Shown here: positions 35,767 to 45,347 of the stretch, piece by piece
Layout: each line of letters opens with the position of its first letter
Position numbering within the stretch: position 1 is the first letter of the stretch
Origin: Bacteroidales bacterium
Lineage (GTDB): Bacteria > Bacteroidota > Bacteroidia > Bacteroidales > GCA-2748055
Length of the DNA stretch: 64,000 bases
NCBI GenBank assembly: GCA_020636775.1
Contig: JACJXF010000002.1
Coordinates: forward strand, 3,747-67,746
Direction: 5' to 3'
Program-made: the position numbers and the translations under genes
Notes under the pieces: generated by a model
Told to the model about the DNA's origin: nothing
Database searches by the model: none
What the model saw: the letters and a program-made list of their open reading frames with translations, nothing else

Positions 35767-36006
35767 ATGGAAAAAAAGGATATTATTGAGAAAGTAAATT
35801 TGGCGCTTGGGAAAATCCGTCCCTATCTGAATGCCGATGGCGGAGATGTAAGCCTGATTGAAGTAAGCGATGACATGGTTGTAAAAGTTAAGTTTTCCGG
35901 GGCATGCGACGGATGTCCGTATTCTGTTATGACCCTCAAGGCAGGGGTGGAAGAGGCTATCAGAAAAGAACTTCCTGAGGTTAAGGATGTTATTGCAGAA
36001 GCGTAA
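35767..36006 (+). CDS. NifU C-terminal-domain-like Fe-S protein
   Basis: The 79-aa protein has IRPYLNADGGDV and GACDGCPYS (CxxC). Confidence 0.85.
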   Translation: MEKKDIIEKVNLALGKIRPYLNADGGDVSLIEVSDDMVVKVKFSGACDGCPYSVMTLKAGVEEAIRKELPEVKDVIAEA

Positions 36007-36207
36007 AATCCCTGCAATCAGTCTTCCTGATAAAAATATCAATATCCGGATAGCTCATTCAACGATCTTCCTGTTTAACATAAAATCTTTAAGCCTTTGC
36101 CAGGATTACTTCCTTGAAATGCCTAAAGAAAATAACATAATCAATTCTCCAAATAATATTATCTTAAATAATCAGTTATTACCTTTACACCTTAGACACC
36201 GGGTTTT

Positions 36208-38871
36208 TTGATTAAAATTCTGAAATACAAATACTATCTGCTGTTTGCTCTTTTGCTGACAGCCTGCTCGACTTCGAAAAACACCTTCGTAAGCCGAACC
36301 TATCATAACACCATTTCTCATTACAACATTTTTTTTAACGGGAATGAGAGTTTTAAAAAGGGAATTGCAAGAGCTGAGGCAGCCCAGGCAGATAATTATT
36401 CAAAAATTCTTCCTGTATTTTACTATTCAAATCCAGAAATTATTCAAAGTGTAGCCGGAGACATGGACAGGGCAATTAAAAAAGCTACCAAGGTTCTCAC
36501 ACTTCATTCCATAACAGCCAAGCCTGAACTAAAAAAGGGTCCGCAGTCTCCCAAACAAAAAGAATTCTACAACCAGAAAGAATTCAATAAATGGATTGAT
36601 GATAATTATCTTTTACTCGGGAAAGCATATGTTTATCAAAATAAGCTGAGTCTTGCGCAGGAAACATTCAAACACATTATTGTTAACTTTCCGGATAAAC
36701 CCATCCGCTATGCAGCCTTTATATGGCTGGCAAGAGCTTACACGGAAGACGGAGAATACAGGGAAGCTGAGAAAATTCTCAACAGTCTTAAGTCGGATGA
36801 TAAAATGCCCTCCCGCTACAGGGAAGATTTTTATACCACCTTCGCTGATCTGTATTTAAGGGAAAAATCATATCCCCAGGCTGCAGATATGCTGGAAAAA
36901 GCCATTAAACTGGTAAGAAAAAAACATTACCGCATCCGGTATACCTATATCCTGGCACAGGTGTATCAGGAATCCGGACAGGCTGAGAAAGCATTAAAAG
37001 CCTATAAAAAGGTTATTAAGCTCAAGCCTCCATATGAAATGACCTTTAATGCAAAAATCAATATGGCAGGAGCCTTTCAGGCTGGTTCAGACGAGGGAAG
37101 GGAAATCCGAAATCTCCTGAACAAAATGCAAAAGGATGAAAAAAACAAGGACTTTCAGGACCAGATTTATTACGCTCTGGCCAATATTGCCATGAAAGAG
37201 GGAAAAAAAGACGAGGCTATTGAATTATACAAACAGAGTGTCAGCAAAAGTGTAAGCAATACCAATCAAAAGGGACTCTCCTATCTGGCTCTGGCCGATA
37301 TTTATTATGCCATCCCGAAATATGCACTGGCCCAGGCTTATTACGACAGTACGGTTCAGAATATTGATAATACCTATTTTGACTATCAGGACCTTACCAC
37401 CAAAACCAATTCCCTTACTCACCTTGTCGAAAACCTTAATGTTTATGAACTGGAAGACAGTGTGCAGAATCTGGCTAAAATGCCTGAGGGAGAAAGACTC
37501 GCAATAATTGATAAACTGATTGAGGAAGTTGTTGCAAAGGAGCAGGAAGAACAGAAAAGAAAAGCCGAAGAAGCACTGAATATTCAATATGGCATGATGA
37601 ATCAGAATTCACCCACAACCGACAGATCAGGAAATAATGAGGGGGGAAGCTGGTATTTTTACAATATGAATTTGAAAAGCTTTGGTCAGCCCGACTTTCG
37701 TATGAGATGGGGTAACAGAAAGCTTGAGGATAACTGGAGACGAAAGAATAAGCAGAGTGTTGAAAATTTTGATATTGCTGATGCTCAGGTTCAGTCCGAT
37801 TCAACTTCAAATGAAAAGAAAGCAGTTATTCTGAGCAATAAGACCAGGGAATATTACCTCCAGAATATACCCTTCACCGATTCCGCCCTGGCTAAATCGA
37901 ATGAGCGACTGGTAGCGGCATTATTTGGCATGGGAGAAGTTTACGAAAATGAGCTGAAAGATAACAGGAATGCCATAGCAAGCTATAAAGAGCTTATAAA
38001 AAGGTATCCCTCCGACAGCCACGTTCTGCCAAGTTATATTAACCTCTACGAAATCTATAATGAAATGGGGGATGCGGCTAACAAAGAGCTGTATAAAAAT
38101 CTTATCATTTCTAAATTCCCGGACAGCCCGAAAGCTAAAATGCTTTCTAACCCCGATTATGTAAAAGAACTGGAGGCTGAGATGAATAAGGTCAGTAAAT
38201 TCTATGAAGATACTTACCAGAATTACAAATCCGGAAATTATAATGCCTGCATTCAGAATGCAAACTATGCCATTAGTAAATACAAGGATGATGACCTGAT
38301 TCCAAGGTTTATGTTATTACGGGCACTTTCGCTGGGACAGTTACAAGGTAAGGAAAAGCTAAAAATTGAGCTCGACACCCTTGTTAAGACCTACCCAAAA
38401 CATGAGGTAAGTGCTTACGCCAAAGACCTTATTGAATACATTTATTCAATGTCGCCTGAAATCAAAACCGCCGACGTCACCGCCAAAGCTGAAGAAATCT
38501 ATAGCTATAAACCTGCTGAGACCCATTATCTGATCATAGCCGCTACCCCTAAATCGAATATGAACCAGCTGAATTTTAATCTGGTTAATTTCAATCTGGA
38601 TAACTTCGACCAGCTGAATCTGGGCATCCTTAAAGCAGAAATTCCCGACAGGAAGCTTCTTGTGGTTCAGTCATTCAGCGATCTTGAAAATGCACAAAGA
38701 TACTTAAGCAGTCTGAAAAGCAAAAAAGCGGATATTATATCAGGAAACAATGCTGAAGATATAACCTTCTATATTATTTCCGCTTCCAATTATGAGAAAC
38801 TTCTTCTGGATAAGTCTGTAGAAAAGTACCGGCTGTTCTATGAAAAGTATTATTTGAGCGGGGGGAATTGA
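36208..38871 (+). CDS. porW: TPR-repeat lipoprotein, T9SS/gliding component PorW/SprE candidate
   Basis: It uses a TTG start and has the lipobox LLLTAC. The N-terminus is STSKNTFVSRTYHNTISHYNIFFNGN. Many TPR-like helical repeats are present and length is 887 aa. It lies 4 nt upstream of porX. Confidence 0.55.
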   Translation: MIKILKYKYYLLFALLLTACSTSKNTFVSRTYHNTISHYNIFFNGNESFKKGIARAEAAQADNYSKILPVFYYSNPEIIQSVAGDMDRAIKKATKVLTLHSITAKPELKKGPQSPKQKEFYNQKEFNKWIDDNYLLLGKAYVYQNKLSLAQETFKHIIVNFPDKPIRYAAFIWLARAYTEDGEYREAEKILNSLKSDDKMPSRYREDFYTTFADLYLREKSYPQAADMLEKAIKLVRKKHYRIRYTYILAQVYQESGQAEKALKAYKKVIKLKPPYEMTFNAKINMAGAFQAGSDEGREIRNLLNKMQKDEKNKDFQDQIYYALANIAMKEGKKDEAIELYKQSVSKSVSNTNQKGLSYLALADIYYAIPKYALAQAYYDSTVQNIDNTYFDYQDLTTKTNSLTHLVENLNVYELEDSVQNLAKMPEGERLAIIDKLIEEVVAKEQEEQKRKAEEALNIQYGMMNQNSPTTDRSGNNEGGSWYFYNMNLKSFGQPDFRMRWGNRKLEDNWRRKNKQSVENFDIADAQVQSDSTSNEKKAVILSNKTREYYLQNIPFTDSALAKSNERLVAALFGMGEVYENELKDNRNAIASYKELIKRYPSDSHVLPSYINLYEIYNEMGDAANKELYKNLIISKFPDSPKAKMLSNPDYVKELEAEMNKVSKFYEDTYQNYKSGNYNACIQNANYAISKYKDDDLIPRFMLLRALSLGQLQGKEKLKIELDTLVKTYPKHEVSAYAKDLIEYIYSMSPEIKTADVTAKAEEIYSYKPAETHYLIIAATPKSNMNQLNFNLVNFNLDNFDQLNLGILKAEIPDRKLLVVQSFSDLENAQRYLSSLKSKKADIISGNNAEDITFYIISASNYEKLLLDKSVEKYRLFYEKYYLSGGN

Positions 38872-38875
38872 AAAC

Positions 38876-40441
38876 ATGGATAAAGTAATCAAAATACTGT
38901 GGGTTGATGATGAGATTGATCTGCTTAAACCCTACATCCTTTTTTTAAAGGGTAAGGGGTTTCTGGTGGAGACGGCCCATAACGGAGATGATGGTATTTC
39001 AATGGTTGAAGAACAGGACTTCGATCTTATTTTCCTCGACGAGAACATGCCTGGTCTGAGCGGCCTAGAAACCCTTTCAAGGATAAAGATGATCCGCTCT
39101 GCGGTTCCCGTGGTTATGATTACCAAGAGCGAAGCAGAAGATATCATGGAGGAAGCTATCGGATCAAAAATTGCCGATTACCTGATTAAGCCCGTGAATC
39201 CGAATCAGATTCTGCTTTCCATTAAAAAGAATATTGACACGAAGAGGTTGGTGAGTGAAAAGACAACCAGCGTTTATCAGACTCAGTTCTCACAGATATC
39301 TGTGAAGATTAATTCTGCCCGGACATACGAAGACTGGGTTGAAATATACCGACTACTCTGTTATTGGGAGCTGGAGCTTGATCAGTCGTCGCACGACGGC
39401 ATGGATGAAGTCCTTCTCATGCAGAAATCTGAGGCAAACCTTGGCTGGGCAAGATTTATAAAAGCCAATTACAAATCATGGTTTGACCCGAAAAACGAAG
39501 AAAAGCCGCTGTTATCTCCAAATGTTCTGACTACCAAGGTTTTTCCCTTACTTGACAAAGGGGAGAAAGTGTTTTTCCTGCTTATCGACAACCTGAGGTT
39601 CGACCAGTGGAAAATAATTGAAAGCAGTCTTAGTGATTTACTGAAAGTAGAATCTGAAGAGTTGTATTGCAGTATTCTTCCCACCGCAACCCAGTATTCC
39701 AGAAATGCCATGTTTGCAGGACTGATGCCTCTTGAAATCAACAATATTTATAATGATGTATGGCTGTTTGATGAGGATGAAGGAGGCAAAAATCTGAAAG
39801 AAAAGGAACTCCTTGAAAAGCAATTAGCCAGGATGGGTAAGAATTATAAAATACGGTATGAGAAGGTTAATAATCTGAAAGCAGGAAAAAAACTTCTGGA
39901 TTCTGTTTCTGATTTGCTGGAGTATGATCTCAACGTAATAGTGTACAACTTTGTGGATATGCTTTCCCATGCACGTACAGAAATGGAAATGATCAGGGAA
40001 CTTGCCAACAATGAATCAGCCTATCGCTCACTTACTTCTTCCTGGTTCAGACATTCACATCTTCTTGAGGTAATCCGGCTTTTATCAAAGCAGAACATAA
40101 AAGTTATCATTACCACCGATCATGGCGCCATACGGGTTAATAATGCTGTAAGGGTACTGGGCGACAGGCAGACATCCACCAACTTAAGGTATAAGCTGGG
40201 CAGAAACATGGATTATAACCCCAAAGAGGTTTATGAAATTAAGGTTCCTGAAGAGATTCATCTTCCCAAACCTAATATCAGTTCTAAATTCATTTTTGCA
40301 ACAAACGACGATTTTCTGGTATATCCGAATAACTTTAATCACTTTGCAAATTATTACCGGAATACCTTCCAGCATGGAGGAATCTCCCTCGAAGAAATGC
40401 TGATCCCAATTGTTACCCTCAGCACGCTGAACTATGAATGA
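38876..40441 (+). CDS. porX: T9SS response regulator PorX (receiver domain plus PglZ/alkaline-phosphatase-like domain)
   Basis: The CheY-like N-terminus reads ILWVDDE...DLIFLDENMPGLSG...KP. The C-terminal PglZ-type motifs are FLLIDNLRFDQW and ITTDHG. Length is 521 aa. Confidence 0.8.
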   Translation: MDKVIKILWVDDEIDLLKPYILFLKGKGFLVETAHNGDDGISMVEEQDFDLIFLDENMPGLSGLETLSRIKMIRSAVPVVMITKSEAEDIMEEAIGSKIADYLIKPVNPNQILLSIKKNIDTKRLVSEKTTSVYQTQFSQISVKINSARTYEDWVEIYRLLCYWELELDQSSHDGMDEVLLMQKSEANLGWARFIKANYKSWFDPKNEEKPLLSPNVLTTKVFPLLDKGEKVFFLLIDNLRFDQWKIIESSLSDLLKVESEELYCSILPTATQYSRNAMFAGLMPLEINNIYNDVWLFDEDEGGKNLKEKELLEKQLARMGKNYKIRYEKVNNLKAGKKLLDSVSDLLEYDLNVIVYNFVDMLSHARTEMEMIRELANNESAYRSLTSSWFRHSHLLEVIRLLSKQNIKVIITTDHGAIRVNNAVRVLGDRQTSTNLRYKLGRNMDYNPKEVYEIKVPEEIHLPKPNISSKFIFATNDDFLVYPNNFNHFANYYRNTFQHGGISLEEMLIPIVTLSTLNYE

Positions 40442-40853
40442 GTTGATCCTTGCATCCCCGGATAAACTGGCCCCTGCCGCAAAAAAATTCCTGGAATTAC
40501 TTGGAAACAGGAAAGTAGTAGCCTTCTTTGGTGAGATGGGTGCCGGGAAGACCACTTTTATCAAAGCTATTTGCAATGAACTGGGTGTTGACGACGGAGT
40601 TAGCAGCCCGACATTTGCTCTGGTTTATGAATACCACACCAGTGACAGGCAACTGGTGTATCATTTCGATTTTTACAGGATTAACAAAGCCTCCGAACTT
40701 TTTGACCTTGGATACGAAGATTATTTCTACAGCGGACAATACTGTTTTATTGAATGGCCTGAGAAAGCAAGCCATCTGATCCCTCCAGATGCCCTTAAGG
40801 TACATTTTAATGTTTTGCCCGATGGTAAAAGATTGCTTAAAATTGAGGAATAG
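40434..40853 (+). CDS. tsaE: tRNA t6A37 biosynthesis ATPase TsaE
   Basis: GEMGAGKTTFIK is the Walker A motif. SPTFALVYEY and HFDFYR are also present. The start overlaps the porX stop by 8 nt. Confidence 0.9.
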   Translation: MNELILASPDKLAPAAKKFLELLGNRKVVAFFGEMGAGKTTFIKAICNELGVDDGVSSPTFALVYEYHTSDRQLVYHFDFYRINKASELFDLGYEDYFYSGQYCFIEWPEKASHLIPPDALKVHFNVLPDGKRLLKIEE

Positions 40854-40924
40854 CAGATAATTCTTGACACGCAAATGTATTTGTAGTATTTTAGTTCGCC
40901 CTTGGTACTAAGCAATATCTTAAA

Positions 40925-42148
40925 ATGACTCCAACCAATAAACCAGAATCGAGATACTCTTTCCCAAACGGAGGACTCCTCCCGCGTGAAGAAACTCTCG
41001 AAGTTGCCAAAAAACCTAAAAATCTTAGTATAGGTCTCCCCATGGATGACCAGAACCAGGAGAGCAGGGTGTGCCTTACTCCTGAGGCAGTTGAAATTCT
41101 TGTAAACCACGGGCATGAGGTAAGAATAGAAAATAATGCAGGTAAAGCAAGCAACTATTCCAATACCGATTACAGCGAGAAAGGTGCTCAGATAATGGAT
41201 AAGAAAGAAGAAATTTTTGCTTCTGATATTCTACTTAAGATAGCCCCGCCAAGTCTTCAGGAGTTAAAATTATTAAAACCTCATCAGATCCTTTTCTCCT
41301 CCCTGCATCTGAATTCTCAAAACAAAGAATTCATGCAGGAACTGATAACACGAAAGGTTACTGCCATTGCCTTTGAGAAGATAAAAGACGAAAATAATTC
41401 ATATCCCGTAACCTCCTCCATGAGTGCTATTGCCGGTAATACAGCCGTTCTGATAGCAGCTGAATACCTCAGTAATCTCAGGGGAGGAAAAGGGGTCATG
41501 CTGGGAGGCATAACCGGCATCACACCTACCGAAGTGGTAATCCTGGGCGCAGGTACAGCAGCGGAATATGCAGTAAGGGCTGCCATGGGCCTGGGAGCCT
41601 TCGTGAAAGTGTTTGATCAGTCGGTTCCCCGTTTGCGCCGGCTACAGAATAATGTTGGAATTCGTCTGCATACTTCGGTATTTCATCCCCGGGTTATTAA
41701 AAACGCTCTGAAATCGGCCGATGTTCTTATCGGTGCAATACACATGATAGAGAAGGGTCCCCGTTATTATATTACCGAAGATATGGTAAAGGTGATGAAG
41801 AAGGGTTCTGTAATTGTTGATATCAGCATTGACCAGGGCGGATGCGTGGAAACATCAGAATGCAGAAATCAGCACGATCCTGTCTTTACCCGCCACGGAG
41901 TTGTCCATTATTGCGTACCCAATATTCCCAGCAGTGTGGCACGTACAGCTTCCATTGCTGTTAGTAATGTTCTATTACCTATTCTTATTGAAATGGGTGA
42001 AGCAGGAGGGCTTAATAAGAAACTTAAGGATGATAAGGGCCTCAGACACGGGGTATATGTTTATAACGGGATACTTACCAATGAATTTATCGGCAAGCTT
42101 TTTGACCTCCCGTCAAAAGATATCGATCTCTTTATGGCCGCTTTTTAA
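40925..42148 (+). CDS. ald: alanine dehydrogenase / PNT-alpha family NAD enzyme
   Basis: ESRVCLTPEAV and VVILGAGTAAEYA (Rossmann) are present. Length is 407 aa, with an N-terminal extension. Confidence 0.7.
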   Translation: MTPTNKPESRYSFPNGGLLPREETLEVAKKPKNLSIGLPMDDQNQESRVCLTPEAVEILVNHGHEVRIENNAGKASNYSNTDYSEKGAQIMDKKEEIFASDILLKIAPPSLQELKLLKPHQILFSSLHLNSQNKEFMQELITRKVTAIAFEKIKDENNSYPVTSSMSAIAGNTAVLIAAEYLSNLRGGKGVMLGGITGITPTEVVILGAGTAAEYAVRAAMGLGAFVKVFDQSVPRLRRLQNNVGIRLHTSVFHPRVIKNALKSADVLIGAIHMIEKGPRYYITEDMVKVMKKGSVIVDISIDQGGCVETSECRNQHDPVFTRHGVVHYCVPNIPSSVARTASIAVSNVLLPILIEMGEAGGLNKKLKDDKGLRHGVYVYNGILTNEFIGKLFDLPSKDIDLFMAAF

Positions 42149-42158
42149 AATCCCTGTA

Positions 42159-42761
42159 ATGACAATTCGTAACCCCTTTTTTAAATTCCGGCTGTCAGGA
42201 TTTTCAGCTTTTTCAGGAAAAACATATCTGCTGTTGTTACTATTTGCAATTCTTCTTCCGGCCTGTAAGAAGGAAAATACCAAACCTGCCAATACCAGTC
42301 AGATAACTCTTAGCTCTGAAACTTTAGGCAGTTTGCCCTACTATTCACTTGGGTATTCATTTGAAAAGCAAAAGTTCCTCGAGCGACTCAACTCTTCCTC
42401 CGATATCGACATATATCTGAACGAGATCGTACAACCCAGCGGCGTTCCTGTTGGCGTGCAGTTTTCTACCAACAGTGTTTCCGAATCCTATGGTTTTTAT
42501 CTGAACGCAGGTTTTGATAATCTGAACGATGCTGAAGATTATTACAGGAACTATATAAAAGCCTACTACCCTTCATTTACAACCCTTACCGATACTGTTA
42601 AAACCTACCAGGTTTATACTTTTCAAACCTGGAAGCTGAACTATGTAAAATTTCTTGTCAGGGATATCAGGGCAATAAGCAAGAATGATATTGCCGATTA
42701 TTTTGAGGTCGACATTGAATATTTCATACAGCGTGACGGCAGCGATAATCTTTCCGAATAA
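42159..42761 (+). CDS. hypothetical lipoprotein (200 aa)
   Basis: I moved the start to the ATG at 42159 and found the lipobox ILLPAC. I recognised no family. The track ORF 41814..42761 is a 5' read-through overlapping ald. Confidence 0.5.
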   Translation: MTIRNPFFKFRLSGFSAFSGKTYLLLLLFAILLPACKKENTKPANTSQITLSSETLGSLPYYSLGYSFEKQKFLERLNSSSDIDIYLNEIVQPSGVPVGVQFSTNSVSESYGFYLNAGFDNLNDAEDYYRNYIKAYYPSFTTLTDTVKTYQVYTFQTWKLNYVKFLVRDIRAISKNDIADYFEVDIEYFIQRDGSDNLSE

Positions 42762-42763
42762 AA

Positions 42764-43486
42764 ATGATAAAAACAGCCTTCTTCTTTTTTATTTTCTGGA
42801 TTGGCCTGATGATCAGTCTTATTCTCCTGCTGATATTTTACATAATCTCTCTGTCTGGATTTAAAAAAGCAGCCAAAAAATATGCCCATTTAATTACAAG
42901 CCGCTGGGCCCGTTTCACCCTTTTCACAGCTGGAATTAAAGTAGATGTAAGCGGTCTGGAAAACATCCCGCTCAACGAATCAGGATTTGTAATCGTGTCG
43001 AACCATCAGGGTAATTTTGATATTCCCGTTTATATCTCATGTCTGCCTGTATCACCCGGATTTATTGCCAAAAAGGAATTAATGAAGCTGCCATTTCTTA
43101 GCAACTGGATGAAAGTGATTGACTGTCTGCCTATTGACCGTAAAAACGCAAGAAATTCGAGGCAGCTTATCACGGAAAGGATAAAGGAAAAGGACAAGAA
43201 TCCTATTTTTCTTTTTCCCGAGGGAACCCGAAGCCAGGGAAGGGAAATGGGACCTTTCAGGACAGGAACCCTCAAGATGCTTTTTCTGGACCGGGTAAAA
43301 TTTTTACCTGCCACCATTAATAATTCATACAGTTGCTTCGAAAAATCCGGGCATGTTACCGGAGCCCGGGTAAGTGTTGATTATCATCCCATGCTCAATT
43401 CAAATAAATTCTCTGAAAAGGAGTTTGGGCTTTTTGAGGATGAACTTAAAAGGATTATTCAGTTAGGTCTTGAAAAGCATGTTTAA
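42764..43486 (+). CDS. plsC: 1-acyl-sn-glycerol-3-phosphate acyltransferase
   Basis: It has an N-terminal TM segment, the HX4D motif NHQGNFD, and FPEGTRS. Confidence 0.85.
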   Translation: MIKTAFFFFIFWIGLMISLILLLIFYIISLSGFKKAAKKYAHLITSRWARFTLFTAGIKVDVSGLENIPLNESGFVIVSNHQGNFDIPVYISCLPVSPGFIAKKELMKLPFLSNWMKVIDCLPIDRKNARNSRQLITERIKEKDKNPIFLFPEGTRSQGREMGPFRTGTLKMLFLDRVKFLPATINNSYSCFEKSGHVTGARVSVDYHPMLNSNKFSEKEFGLFEDELKRIIQLGLEKHV

Positions 43487-43502
43487 ATGTCAAATAGATC
43501 AT

Positions 43503-43510
43503 TATTTTTG
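43503..43510 (+). promoter_or_regulatory. candidate -7 box (TATTTTTG)
   Basis: It matches TAnnTTTG 79 nt upstream of the waaA ATG. Confidence 0.25.
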
Positions 43511-43588
43511 CACTCAAAATCAGAATAATTTCAATTACAAACAGCTCATCGGAATATTGAGGGAGCAGCAGGTCTCAGCCAATAAAGC

Positions 43589-44833
43589 ATGCGAATATTA
43601 TACAAAATCGGAATACAGCTTTACTTTTTCTTAATCATCCTCCTTGCTCCATTTAATGTCAAAGCCAGGCGATGGCTGAAAGGAAGGCGGGGAATATGGA
43701 AGAAGATACGGCTCAACATTAAGCCCGGGGATAAGGTGGTCTGGGTTCACTGTGCCTCTCTTGGTGAGTTTGAGCAGGGCCGGCCCATCATTGAGGAGAT
43801 TAAGAAAACCATGCCTGAGAAAAAAATACTTCTTACTTTTTTCTCACCCTCAGGATATGAACTCCGGAAGAATTACGAAGGCGCTGATTGTGTCACCTAT
43901 ATGCCCCTGGATACGCGTTTTAATGCCTGGCTGTTTATGAATCTGGTAAAGCCGGAGATGGCCTTTTTTATCAAATATGATTACTGGTATTATTTTCTCA
44001 GAACCCTGAAAAAGAAACATATCCCGGCATACCTCGTGTCAGGCAAATTCAGAAGAGAACAGGTGTTTTTTAAATGGTACGGGAGCTGGTACAGGAGTGT
44101 TTTGAAGTTCTTCAATATCCTGTACGTTCAGAATGAAGAGTCGAGAAGACTTTTAGCAGTTATCGGGATTAAAAATGTTGAGGTTACCGGTGATACACGA
44201 TTCGACCGGGTTTTTGCTATCTCCAGGCGGTCCGTTGAGTATCCCTGGCTGGAACCTTTCGCCAGAGGAAAGAAGGTCATTGTTGCCGGAAGCACATGGG
44301 AAAAAGATGAACAATTACTAATTGAGTTCATAAATTATTCCGGTCCGGAAATACGATTTATTTTAGCCCCGCATGAAATCAGCGAGCGAAAGCTGATACG
44401 GATCATTGAGCTTATTGAACATCCCTGTGTTCGGTTTACCGATAACGATAAATCAAGCTATGTGAATGCCAAGGTCCTTATTGTTGACACCATCGGAAAT
44501 CTTTCTTCTCTTTACAGGTATGGTCAGATAGCCTATATCGGAGGCGGTTTTGGCAAAGGAATTCATAATATTCTGGAGGCCGCAACCTATGGACTTCCGG
44601 TTGTATTTGGACCCAGATATGGTAAATTTCTTGAGGCCGTGGAAATGATTGAACGCAAGGCTGCCTTCTCAATAACTAATTACGAAGGACTGAAGGATAT
44701 TCTCGAAAAGCTTTGTGACGATGAATTACTTCTTGCCGAAAAGTCGAAACTGGCCAAAACGTATATTGAATCGAAACTTGGAGCCACCCAATCTATCGTA
44801 AATGCGGCCTTCAGTTCAACAATTGTCCGATAA
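43589..44833 (+). CDS. waaA: 3-deoxy-D-manno-octulosonic acid (Kdo) transferase
   Basis: WVHCASLGEFEQGRP is present, the GT30 layout fits, and length is 414 aa. Confidence 0.85.
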   Translation: MRILYKIGIQLYFFLIILLAPFNVKARRWLKGRRGIWKKIRLNIKPGDKVVWVHCASLGEFEQGRPIIEEIKKTMPEKKILLTFFSPSGYELRKNYEGADCVTYMPLDTRFNAWLFMNLVKPEMAFFIKYDYWYYFLRTLKKKHIPAYLVSGKFRREQVFFKWYGSWYRSVLKFFNILYVQNEESRRLLAVIGIKNVEVTGDTRFDRVFAISRRSVEYPWLEPFARGKKVIVAGSTWEKDEQLLIEFINYSGPEIRFILAPHEISERKLIRIIELIEHPCVRFTDNDKSSYVNAKVLIVDTIGNLSSLYRYGQIAYIGGGFGKGIHNILEAATYGLPVVFGPRYGKFLEAVEMIERKAAFSITNYEGLKDILEKLCDDELLLAEKSKLAKTYIESKLGATQSIVNAAFSSTIVR

Positions 44834-45347
44834 GCCTTTTCCTCATTGCTTTGCAAAGGGCTTGCATTTTAAGGACTCAGATTGTTTCACAAAATATTTT
44901 ACTGGCTAACAGAGAATTAATTTATCAAATGGGAGAGAAATCTGTTTTTTAAACAAGGCCGGTTTCAAACTATTTAAAACTTGTTGAAAAGTCCCTTGCT
45001 TTTTCCTCGCCGTTTTTTTCTTTTTGAGCTAATTTAAGCTTCTCGAAATTTTTTCTAAATAATATCCTGAGAAAAGAACAGAAAATTACAGGCATTGTGT
45101 TAACAATATCACAATAAAAGACCTGTAACTCTTAAATTATTCCGGGAATTTTACAAACTGTTAATAATAACATACAGAATATCAGCGACTTATTAGCATA
45201 CGTTGAAAAGTAAATGGGATTGTTAATAAATACAGATTTAAAAAACTTGGTGGGAGGGGGTGGTATTTATAAATTGCGATACCTGATTTGTCAGGAATAA
45301 ATTCCCCTAAAGATTTGGAAACTAACTCTAAAAAAGAAAAGATTGCG

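Noticed and set aside
35987-36211. 74-aa ORF in the nifU-porW spacer
   Set aside because: It overlaps the nifU-like stop region. Its sequence is Asn/Ile-rich and low-complexity, typical of an AT-rich spacer, and I recognised no motif.
41814-42158. 5' part of the 315-aa ORF 41814..42761
   Set aside because: It overlaps the 3' end of ald in another frame. A lipoprotein signal begins at the ATG at 42159, so only the downstream 200 aa are taken as the gene. The same logic trimmed the ORFs starting at 24945, 29695, 32201, 34567, 56812 and 59821.
44834-45347. Cobalamin riboswitch upstream of the B12-dependent RNR
   Set aside because: I could not find a B12-box-like core (GCCACTG-type) or the expected GC-rich multi-stem layout. 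The region is mostly AT-rich. Only a covariance-model scan could settle this.
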